DNA from: Ascidiella aspersa
Lineage: Eukaryota
DNA length: 64,000 bases
Reading direction: 5' to 3'
Assembly: GCA_963924565.1 (NCBI GenBank)
Contig: OZ004610.1
Coordinates: 5,456,001-5,520,000, forward strand
Positions within the stretch are counted from its first letter, which is position 1, and the number at the start of each line of letters is the position of its first letter. Positions 14,161-25,500 of the stretch are shown here, piece after piece. The notes beneath the pieces were generated by a model. It ran no database searches and was not told the DNA's origin. It saw nothing but the letters and a program-made list of their open reading frames with translations. The translations under genes and the position numbers were made by a program.

Positions 14161-17100
14161 CTCTACGTCTATCTTGACTTTAAGGTCGTTTACGGTGGCG
14201 GTGAAAGTCGAATGCCATAGCCCCGGGGCTGGCCAAGTAGCACAGGCGACCTACGAAGATCCTCAAAAAATGCCGCCCTGCGCCGTTTCACGGTTCGCAA
14301 TTCACAATTGGAACTCACACAAGGCGTAGCTAGTTCCGCGAAAGCTCGCTGGCCTGTAAAGCCGAAGCTAGACGTTTAATTCACCACACTTGAATCTATA
14401 GGCATGTTTAAGTGCGCCTTCTAACCTCATTTTACGGCGATTAATTTTTAAACTTTGCAAAGCTCTCATGCGATAGCTGGCGCGTACATCGATTAAACAT
14501 CAATCGACAGCGTAGAAGGGCCGTCGACGTTTTTATTTCTGAAGCAAAGTTTGACTCGAACAAACGCTGAATGGCAGCAAATCTCTGTTTACCCTGGCGT
14601 ACAGCCGAATCCCATTTGAAAGCGATTTGCGGACAAACATTGGAAAAGTGGATTTATTTATGTGCCAATTGACTTTCGGCGAGATAAAAATAGAGCCGGC
14701 GATCCCTAACGCTTTTAACAAAGGACGGCGTGCGCTTTGGGAACTGTGACATTTGCTATAAGCCTTTCCGCTTTTTATTGATTCTGCTCGCACCGCTGCA
14801 AATACTTAAATAAATGCCACTATCCGTCGCGTATAGCCTATATACAAAGGAATCTTGTGAAACTGTAAACTTCATAAGGTGAATAAACCATTTATCCAGT
14901 AGGTTTCTATCTCTGTTATAATTATTTGAACGATTGAGAAATAAAGGTTTTTTTCTCACAAATGCTGTTGGTAATATCAGAATAATAACAATTGCGTCCG
15001 AACTTTTGTAAGAGAGGATTTAGTTTACTTCTCAGCCGCATTAACTGAAGGTGGTAAGTTCGTATCGAAACGTCCTAACCAAGATGACGTCTACTCGCAC
15101 TTTTTGGCTTTGCAATTCATTATCAAGCTGTATTATGTTAGCCCATTGTGTTTCGTGGTTCTTCGAACACCATTATGATAGATTGCAACCCGTATACGCA
15201 TCACTGCACTGTTGTAACAGTTTCATAAAACGGCAGCTAGAAATCGGTGACCTTAAGCTGCCGCTGTATGCAGATTTGCGGAGTTGAGTTAGCGCGACAA
15301 AGGGCGTCTAATAATGAGATCGGATTCTCCACGCAGCGGGACGCTTCTAACATAGGAATCGCCTCTGACCAATATTAACGGCAGCTGGACGATTAATAAA
15401 CGCGAAAAGGTCACAAATTGGACGCCAATTCAGTCGTTACCATCCACCCGTTTGGTGCATTGGAGCGCAATGCCTTAAACTTAAAGCGTGGCGTCAGTCT
15501 AAAGGGCCTTGTTTTCTTTCAGTGTCACACCCAACTGATAAATAGCGCGGTGTCGGCGACCGGCGGTCGGCAAGAAAAGTGTCACGCTGCGATCGGACTG
15601 CACAGCACACAAAAGGAAACTTCTGGAAGGCGCGGGGAATAGATCGATCAAAGCGTTCAAAAAAACTGTTACACATGCCACGAAAATGCAACAATTCTTT
15701 TGAGGGGTTTCTGCAAACAAAAGTTATTTTTTTGCCTAAATGCCCCAGCTTATTTTGTGTTTTCTGCACGTGCCATATCTAAAAACTCCGTCAAGCAGAG
15801 CTGATCATTGTATCAATGAACATTGATTAACGCAACGGCGTGACCGAAAATGATTCTTAAAAACACTTTTATGTACATTTTCCTAATAAAAGCTTAGATA
15901 TTAAGCAAATCGAAACGCCGCTTGCTAATATAGTCCAAGTAAATGGAGTCTAACAACATTCAGTGCTAAAAAGTTAGTTTTAGTTAAATTCATTTCTTTT
16001 AATTGATTACTTCTTAAATATACACTAATATTTCAATTTGGCCTTTATGGGCTCCCTGAAATTAGTTCACGGATCCCCAAGAGGTCCATGAACCCCAGTT
16101 TAAGAACCCCTAATATAGTTGAATGCTTAAACAACCAAGATCCATTGCTTCGTTCTCTCACAAAATGCGAAAAACGAACGCCGGCCGTTTCTGTGTTTGA
16201 TTTGAGACGCGAAAAAAAAACACGCCTCCGACAGTCTCGGGTTTGCAAGGCTGGGATGTAGAACGCGAGTTTGGCTATTCGAAGGAGGAGTCGTTCGCCA
16301 CACTTTCCACGAGAGTCGGGCGCGACATGAAAGCAGCCCGCGCGATGAAAGGGACAGAAACGAGCCGATTTGTGGGGCATAATAGCGCTGGGGCGTCGAA
16401 CTGTGTAGTCCCTTGTGGCTCGCCTGACCCGATTTCGTGTCTTTTGCGCCCGGCGCCGCCTGCACAAACCCGGAACGCCAGCGCCGCTTTTGTTGTGCGA
16501 CATGTTCCGCTAATCGTTTCTCGTTTTGTGTCGAATGTTGATTGGCGGGTCACTCGAGGATGATCCCTTAGTCACCGAGTTTGCCTATTTCCGTGGAACA
16601 ACGGGATTCCGTGTGTGCTGCAGAATGTGGAAAAAAACATTGATCAATTTCCGGCAAAATTTTATGAATGTTTTTTAAACGTTACCTTAATCAACAATAT
16701 ATGTGGAGAAAGGTTTTGTCAAATTAGCCTGAAAACTATTTTTATTGAGTAGTGAAACCGCTCTAATTGGTAACTGATCGAAATTAAGCTCAATGATTGC
16801 CGATAATCGTCGCTCCCAAGTCATTGGTGGCCCTGAATGACTCCTTTGATAAAGAAAAGGGATGTTTCCCGTCGCCCTTTAATGGGCTTCGTGAAAACTG
16901 CTCGGCCGTAATTGCTTGAGGTCGGGCGACTACTGAAGCCGACAATCGTTAACGGATTTACAAAATTAAGGGGATGTAATATCGAAGTCAGACGCTTGCG
17001 ATTCTCCTTTTAGCCAAAAGCGGATAAGGTTGTCTCGCTTCTAGAAAGATCCCAGCTTTACTCCAGCATTTGCTAGAGGGACAGTTGTTTGGCTAAAACT

Positions 17101-17689
17101 TGATTTACCGTTAAGTTTTATCGGATCGGCACCGATACAATCCTAGTATCGGACAAGTGCAGATATTATCACTTGGTATCGGCTCCTTGCGATTTTATTC
17201 AAGCCGCGAACGCCCGGCAACAGTTTTAATCCTCGAAGTTTAAAACTACATTTTGCGATCTTATGAAAGCTGATTATTAATACGATTTTCTTTGTACGTA
17301 GTTTTAGATGCACTTTTCTCCAGGGCCACTCTCGGGTTCCGAGCACTAAGAGTCATTTATAGCTCGTTTTCACCAGAAGAGCGATTTCTACTAAACTCTA
17401 CCACCAAGAGTCTTTGTTCGCGGATGAGCGACTTTCCCAAAGCACGACACGCGCGTGTCATAACCAGCGCCTCAGCCGGTCGCCACCGCTTCCTTTGTGC
17501 GCTTGTTTAGGTAACGGAAACGTCGGGATCTGGGCGAGTATTGAAACGACGGCTCGACGCACCTGCGAGGAAAGCCCGGGCTTTCAAGAGGTGTTGTTGA
17601 ATCGCCGCTTATCACTGATCCGATTTGCGGATTGTCGCTGGCGCAAAAGCGGCTCAAAATGCCTCGCTTGGTATCCTAAAGACAACTGC

Positions 17690-18235
17690 ATGGTAGTGTG
17701 GTGCGACCAAAGCGGGTCTTCCTTAGAGCCATCGTGACCAATGACGCCCTGTGCTCATTAGGAATTAAAAACTCGGATAGATGTGTTTTCTGCTGCGATG
17801 CTTTGGAAACTGCAACGCACGTGTTTTATTTTTGTACCAAAGTAGTAACTGCCTGGATCTCGGCGAAACTTTTGATCGATGTGCTCCCTAATCATGTTCA
17901 TATGTTGTTTGGTATTGTGGCAGATCAATCTGAAACCCGTTTGAATTGATCCGTGCCGAATTTAAATATGTTTCTCAATATGGTCAAATCGGTCCAGAAA
18001 TCGGAACATCTTATCGCCAATAAAAATTATGAAGTTAATGACTTTCTCTGCAAGCGGACATGGCTATTTTGAAGCTCAGTACAAGAACCCCGAATCCCCG
18101 ACTGTATTTCAATGCCTTCCTGCTAAATCGTCGCTTTCTGGCATGTGTTTTATCCTGCTTTTTTCGCAATCGTTTTGTTGTGTCGATATAGAAATAATAT
18201 ATCTTTTGATAAAAAATGAATGAAAAAAGAAGAGA
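17690..18235 (+). mobile_element. Decayed 3' end of an L1/Tx1-like non-LTR retrotransposon
   Basis: zf-RVT-like IVTNDALCSLGIKNSDRCVFCCDALETATHVFYFC...MLFG, then PNLNMFLNMVKSVQKSEHLIANKN, a 3'UTR and an A-rich end. Confidence 0.75.
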
Positions 18236-18834
18236 GCGAGTTTTTATGCACGCCAAGTGCCTACTACTCACGGTTTAAATGTCAGCGGTCATTCTGCATT
18301 AGCGCTCGCGCCGATATCTCGCGGCATATCCTTGTGATCTTGGCAGCAGACAAATTCGAATCGCTGTTGCGGTCAGATTCGCTGCTGGGAATGCAACACC
18401 GCTTCCAAGTGGAAACTGTAATCCGACGCCGATAACTTAATTTCATTCTTAAAAGCCACTTAGTTAATACTCGTACGTAAAGGTTCTGTGCGTTCGACTA
18501 AGGAGCGCTTGACATTTGCACCGACCGAAACTCGATAGCGCTCAATGGAGCCTAATTCCCAAGGCCAAACAGGCAGCTTATGTTTCGCGAACGCGCCGTG
18601 TTTGCGAAAAGGGCAATGCCAACTGGGTGCTTGCTACAAATCGGAACGCCGTGGGGAAAGATAAGGCGCAGTGGGAAAGGCGGGCGTCCCGTGAAAGCAA
18701 ACCGCTGTTCACGACCTGAATTTCGCCTTGGAGAAGCTGTCCCAGGGACGGTGTTAATGTTAACCGCGGAATTCCTACACGCGGTTTACGTGTTTACCCC
18801 AGATTGCTACTGACATGGGGGAGGCGAACATTCC

Positions 18835-19400
18835 TGTTTTTTATTCCAATACGGACATAGCTAAACGAGTGCAAAAGAAAAACAAGAGGCGAGTTAAAGC
18901 ACATGTGAGAAAGCGACGATTTAGCAGGGGGGCATTGAAATACTGTTGGGAATTCGGGGTTACTTGTAAAGGCACGAATTCGGCGTATTTAAAATGGTAA
19001 ACAACAAAATGCCAAACCTCAACAAACAATTCAACAGGGTTGCGAAAGGGCGACTAACATGCCGATGTATATCTCGGCCTCATTTCGGGGCGGATCGCCG
19101 TTGCGAGTTTTTCAGAATTTAAAGCACAGATATACTCGAGTGTTCTATTGACTTGGTTATATAAACAAACTTAGAAAGCGTCGGTAATGTATTTGCATAC
19201 TTACAATGGCATATAACGAGCAGCGCACATAGCAGTAAGCAATTTAACAAATCATTGTCAACATCAGTTCCAAACATGAGAGTTGCAGGCTTGTTTTGTA
19301 AGGAAATTAAAAGTTTTTGAAGAGGCGGCGAAGATGTTGATGCATATCTCGACACCGTTTTGGGGCGCAATGCCGCTCAGCTGAAGCGGAAGGGCGAGAG
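18835..19400 (-). mobile_element. Decayed 3' end of a related L1/Tx1-like element, convergent with the previous copy
   Basis: LMFGTDVDNDLLNCLLLCALLVICHCKYANTLPTLSKF is a typical ORF2 C-terminus; it shares about 120 bp of 3'UTR with 18080-18195. Confidence 0.65.
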
Positions 19401-20479
19401 GAATCTCTGCACGGTCGCGGTCTAAAAAAAGAAACCGACGTAATGCAGTTTGCACGCTCGTCAGATTTCGCGGAAGCCGATTAAGATATCGGTCAATCTG
19501 CCTGTATAGAGCCATTCTCAGACGTTGACCCAAAAGCAGCTACGCGTTTTCCGCAATAGGCGAACACTAAGGAAGCAGGTTGTTGCTCTGGCGAAAAGTC
19601 ACAGGTCCCTTTATTTTTTTTGTGTATTTTCAACATGTCCTACCCCCACGCCATTGTCCCCTTGTTTTTTCTCGCGCCGGTGGACCTGCCCGCTTGTACA
19701 AGCTTCGGGGTTTGAAGTGGCCGCGAGAGAAGGGCCGGGCGCGCCGATCCCCCCGAGGACGGTTTCCGGTTCCAGCGAGGCCCGAGACTGCGCAGCGTGG
19801 CGGCGGAATGCGCCCGGCGGAAGGGAGTTAGCATTGGCGCTCGGCGCTAGCGGCGTCGGTAGGGCGATAAGACGCGGAGAAATGCAAACATTGCATTGCG
19901 CTTAACCTTTCACGCCTCGATACATTTCGCTGGGCCGTCCCGGTGAGTTCGAGCCCACTCGCTCGCACCCAAGGACGTTGTTGACTCTTTGCGTTGCCTG
20001 CGGTTTGCTGGTTTTTCGTAGTGGGTCTCTGTTTGCTGTTTAGACCTGCAGCATCCAGCCGCTTATTGGCGCAACAACCAGACGCGACGCGACTATATGT
20101 ATCCTGTCTGGTACACCTGCTATTATACTCGGACGTTACGCCTTGCGCAACCCACGCGTCTGTGCGTTTATTTTAGGCGCCGCTCCTCAAACAAAGCACT
20201 GGAAAGTGGATTTGAATTTGGCTCTAAATCTTCGCTCCAAATCCCTTCGTGCCCACGTCAGCAAACGGCGACTAAGTCATTGCCAGACGTCGGGTCCGCA
20301 AAGGTCGGCGCCGTGCCAAAACTCGGACTCGCCCGCCAGTTTCTGACGTCACCGGCATAGATACCGACGCGTATCCGTTGTGTCGAGACGGGGCCAGGGT
20401 CAAGGCGAAACGTCACCCCTAGGTCGTCGATAATTGCCCCCCGCTTTGGGAGAAATAGAGGGCGCCGCGTCAGGGGCTA

Positions 20480-20970
20480 GTGTTACTTTCCGCCGAAATT
20501 GGCGACGTCAACAGAATCCGAAAGCTTTTGTACGACGATCGTGGAACTGCCTACCATGTCCGGCTCCCACACGAAATTACTCAATGTTTTCACGCCGCCA
20601 GGTCGAGCGGCGTTTTTGTGGCTTTCTGCTGGGAACTTTTCCTCGGCGGTTTGCCAGGAAGTCTAACAAACATCCAAGGTGTTTTTGCGCCCGAGTTTTC
20701 GCTCCTTTGGGGAAGTGAACCCGCTTAATTCCTACGGGCTGACTAAACCTTTCACTCACTCGAATCGGCAACAGTGTCAAGCGTATAGGGCGAACGTTTC
20801 GAGTGCAGCCTTCAAAACACGTCTGGGTTGACGACCGCAAAAATTCGTGCCAACGCCTTGGCTTCGGGAAAACATCTGTCCTGTCATACAACGCGTGTGC
20901 TCTGTATACGTGATCGAAATGGACAGGCGGTTTCAGACAACTAAACAACCGTAGACAATTTCGCGCGCGA
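20480..20970 (+). pseudogene. Decayed paralog of the same orphan ORF family
   Basis: IRKLL...TAYHVRLPHE, QCF...VFVAFC, VKRIG and *SKWTGGFRQL are colinear with the other copies. Confidence 0.4.
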
Positions 20971-21041
20971 CACATCGGTTTATTCAGGTCCCAATTTCAG
21001 CCAAATGGCAATGACGTCATCGATTTGCCGATCCTCTAACG

Positions 21042-21365
21042 CAGCGGTTCCCAAACTGGGGCCGTAGTAGAACAGTTTCAGAGGGTCCGCAATGGGAATT
21101 AGTATTCAAGTTTAAAAATATTAGGATTTAGTGAACGATTTTGAACATTATGTGACATCATAAACCATCTATTACGCGGTACTACGATCTATCAGCGTTC
21201 GCATTAGTTAGAAAGTCGTTACATTATAGAAAGAATCGTGACTGTACTGATGTAGTGCAAGAAACAGGGGCCAACTGACCCTTAACTTTTTATAGGGCCG
21301 CGAAATATCAAAATAATTACAAAGGGTCCACCAGGCAAATTTTTTAGAAAAGTTTGGGGCCGCTG
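21042..21365. mobile_element. hAT-like MITE
   Basis: TIR CAGCGGTTCCCAAAC / GTTTGGGGCCGCTG, TSD CTCTAACG/CTCGAACG; a second copy lies at about 45772-46465. Confidence 0.85.
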
Positions 21366-22029
21366 CTCGAACGGCCAGGGCCATTCGGCGCACCTGAGAG
21401 ATCAACACGCTAATGCTGATGGACGATCGGCCAAGTAGGCCCCTTGCTTCGGTTTCCGGCGGTTAGATTCGCCAGGCCCAGGGAAGAATCTAAATATCAT
21501 CGGCGTCGGCGCGCCTTCGCCTCTCCGCACGCTCTCAAGCTGGAACAACGGTCGGAGCGCAGGCGAAATGCCGGGCGCCTTATCGAGCGTCGTAAAGTTG
21601 ACTGTTGACACAAGCCACGGCGCACGGGCAAAGTAGGCCACCACCACCGCCGCCGGTTACCTTTACGTGCCGTACAGTTTCCGCCAGCCTAGAGATCGCG
21701 ATAAATCTAGGCGCGACCTCCCCCGGAGATGCACTTTAGATTTCGGCCTAGGAATGTTTTATCGTCGCACTTCGTGACTGGCATTGTTGGCAGGGTCAAA
21801 GGGTTGCCGGCCCACTTTCGTGCCTTGCAAGTCGCGTGCTCACAGTTTAATGCGGATTTTTTCGGTTTGTGCTCAAATAGTTTCGCTCCTTAATTCGGCT
21901 TAATACGTGTGCTTTGGGTCGCGGGTACAACTCGCCCACGCGCCTGCTCGCTCGGCAAACCTTTCACCAACTCGACAAATCGTCACCTTGGGCAAGTGCA
22001 AGTTTTCTTGTTTGACGGCTAACTGCGCC

Positions 22030-22460
22030 AAAGAGGAGGAGCAGGAGCGAGAAAGAGCGCGTGTTTGCTCTCGCAGCGCCAAGCGCCTTTCTCTCCTTTA
22101 AATGAGCGAGGGCACTGTCCTTGTTCAGCGAGCCGTGACCTTCGCTCCTCGCCTTTTGCTCCTCGCCGACTTCTCTCGTCGCGATTTCGAGGCAGATTAT
22201 TGCTCGCAGCTCCTCGACCAGCAACAGACCGCGCGCGAACGGGATAGCCTAGTCGCCGCGAACCTTCATTCAGTCGACTCGATCCCGCCCGGGCGTTTTC
22301 ACGACACTTTGCCGGACTTGCGAAATCAGCTTGCCTTTCGCCTTCGATTCAGTTGCCAGAAGCTGACGTTCGGCCCGAGTTTTTACCTGTTTCGTGTATT
22401 CAGTGCTAGTTGAAGTTACCTGCTGAAAATCGAAGTCTTCAACGTTGTTCAACAAGCGCC
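22030..22460 (+). promoter_or_regulatory. Probable core promoter and 5'UTR of the COL4A1-like gene
   Basis: CpG-rich with GA/CT tracts; TATA-like TTTAAAT at about 22097; lies directly upstream of the gccATG at 22461. Confidence 0.4.
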
Positions 22461-22541
22461 ATGACGGCTGAGAAGATTGGTTGGTTTGCAGCCGCCTTTG
22501 TGTTAGGTGTGTTGTTCGCCGAAAGTTCAATCCAAGCTAAG
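22461..22541 (+). CDS. COL4A1: COL4A1-like exon 1 (signal peptide)
   Basis: gccATG, 27 hydrophobic-core codons, AAG|gtaag. Confidence 0.88.
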
Positions 22542-25500
22542 GTAAGCTGCATCTTTTTCGTGTTTTGTTTTATTAACTTTTAAATGTTTTCTAGCAAAAG
22601 AAACCGTACGCTTTTAGTTTAGTGTTTCATTAAAGACCTATTGCAAGGATACTGTGTTTTCCTTGAAAACGTAAATCTTGCTAAAGTTTAAGGACCTAGA
22701 ATTCGTTTACGAAATGGTAAAGCTGCATATTTGTGTTTTACACTGTTAGTACATTTTAGAACCTATGCTTTACTTTGAAACCGCCAAATTTAAAGTATTG
22801 CTTCTAACAAGACGGCGACGATATTTTCCTATTAACACCAAAATATCACAACAAAATCACAAGGAATTGTCGATAGCCTTGTGACCCTTTTATTTGAATT
22901 AATTAGCGATAGTAGAGATATTTAATTAAAAAACAGTAAAAGTTTACCACGGGATACCTGAAGGTACAAAAATACGGGCAGGCAAATCTGTTGCCGTTTT
23001 GTTGTGTTATTTCTTATCAGTGGCATTATTAGGAGTGTGTGAAAAGGCTGTCCCCAACTTGACTTACCAAGACCTGTTTTGTTATTAAAAATCATATCGT
23101 TAAGCAGGAAAATACCGATGGTTAAATCTGTTGTATTTTTGTTGTGTTATTTTTATCAGTAGCGTTGTTAGGAGTGTGTGAAAAGGCTGTCTCTAACAAA
23201 ATAACCAATTAACTTACCGAGGCCTGTTTTGTTGTTGAAAATCATATGGTTAAGTGCAAAAATACCAATGATTAAATATGTTGCATTTTTGTTTAGGCAT
23301 TTAATTAGCAGTGCCATTGTAAGGCGGTTTTAAAAGGGCTGTCTCCAAACACAAAATCGATTTATTATCTAGGGCTTGTTTTATTATTTAAAATCGTATC
23401 ATTAAGCGCAAAAATACCAATTATGTTGCATTTTTGTTGTGGTATTTATTTTAAGAGGCACTGTAATTCGATATGTGGAAGGGCTGTATCGCGCGACAAA
23501 ACCGATTTACCTAAGCGGGGCTGCTTTATCACTCAATAGATCATTTTATGGGTGTTAGAAATCGCCATTGCGAAAACCATTAGCACGATTGGCCACGGCA
23601 ATAAACGAAATTCCGACCATGTTGGCAAGAACTCTTCGCGTGAGATTTACAGGACGGCGTGAACGTGCGGCAAAGATTTCGCGACCTTCTAATCGCGTGA
23701 AGCGTCGTACAAGGACAACGTGCCTTGACTTTTACAGGCCGCATCATCAGCGCGTTTGTCAGGTCGCAAGTGCCATAACACACCTTGACAAATCGCGAAC
23801 ACGTAATCCGCGTATTGTTAATTTCCCCCTATTACCGTCCTTCGACGTTCGTCGGCGACTTGCGACACGCCCGCCGATGGCTGGTTATTTATTTACGACG
23901 CCCTATAATGTCGTGGAAAACAGTTTCGCGTCATATTGCGATTGTTATATGGAGCGGCTGCGAAAAATGCCCAGCGAAGATTATAAACCAAGCCGAATTG
24001 CGCGCCCAGCTGTACTTCGAATCACGCCATGGCTATTAGGCTATTTAGGGCAGGTCATCCTTGTGACTTACGTGGCTTCATACCGCGCAGAGCATCTGGA
24101 ATGGCCATTGTCGTTAACCTTACGACACACGGACGGAGGTTACGAGTTTTTTACTGCTGCAAAGGCTGCCGCGTCCTTTTGGCTCGTGTGCCATTTCGAT
24201 AGCTGTGCCATAATAGGAATGCAGGAAGTCGAAGTAAATCGTGGCCGTCGAAAACCCGCCAATGCTTGGCTGTTGTCACCACAAGTCTACCCGCCCCGCC
24301 TAACACAAGATAACCGGCGAGACTTGAACATAGTTTACGCACAATTATAGGGTTTTAATTGATTAAATTTCACAGTGGTCAAATTTAATTTCACAGTGGA
24401 TTAACCTTATTAAACATTATTTAACATTTATCGCATTTAAAATCAAACCTAATTTGTTTATAATATGCTAAAGAAATGTTAATAATTTAATTGTCACGTT
24501 TAACTTCATAGCTATATTTGTGCAGATCTTGATACGTATCACGTTTTGTAACATAAAGCAAATTGATATGATCTTGACGTTTTAATTGCGATTAATAATT
24601 TCGATTGAAATTAAGTTTTCATTTCGATGTTTGCTTCATTACGTCGTTCCGATATTTACTTTCTTCAACCGCTCAACTTACAATTAAAACGAACTCCTAC
24701 GAAGAAGGCCAACTTGCAGGGCATGTTAGCAAAGATAAAACATGTTTTAAAATCGCACTTTTCGTCACGTTTTCGGAGGTGGCCTGATTGCAAGTGTTTG
24801 CCTAGATGTACTAATCAGGCGGAACAACGTCAGTCTGAGGTTCAGTCCACGACACTCGTCATTATGTCGCACATTTGGCCCTAAGCGCCTGTCGCATACC
24901 GTCCGTTGGTCGCCCTTGAGGCCCTACCACATGTGCGTCGCATAGGGCCGTGTTTACAACTCACGACCAACATGGCGGCCATGACCCCTACACCAGCACA
25001 CCTTGTTTGACGTTGACCGTCGTGGCCTGGAATCACGCTCGCGGCGGCTTTGAAGTACTAAAGCTGGCGAAAGTTGATTAAACAGATGCCCGGCTGTTTG
25101 ACGAACACCGTCATCAGCCTTTGGCGAAAGGGGTTGACAGCCCCGTGATTCGCACTTTGGTCACATGCCTGTCCAATGTATTTTACATAGTGCGACACAT
25201 TGTCTGCTCAATCACATACGGCGATAATAGGCAGCCTAACTGGAGCGCTCAATCAAATCTTGACCGGAGAAAGTCTCTCCCGGGTCGACATTGTTTTACA
25301 GACTTCCAAAATTGATTGCTACGTTTTTACGAAAAAATATAGCTTAGCTGAGTAAAGTGGTTTAAAGTTATGGCGCGAGTAGAACGCCTTAACCTTTGCG
25401 GCTTTTCTGGGTACATTTGTTTTAGAAAAGGCGGTTATATTTCCAAGTAGCGTGTGCTGTTTTTTGGCTTCCCGGTTATTTTGAGCGATTGAGAAAGGCA

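Noticed and set aside
14533-16563. Several 70-150 aa ORFs in the intergenic spacer
   Set aside because: They overlap on both strands and show no recognisable domain; hints of LINE remnants (HRCKYLN, VFFQC) are too short to call.
22102-22413. 103-aa upstream ORF in the COL4A1 leader
   Set aside because: Its ATG overlaps the TATA-like box and probably lies upstream of the TSS; it shows no protein-like features.
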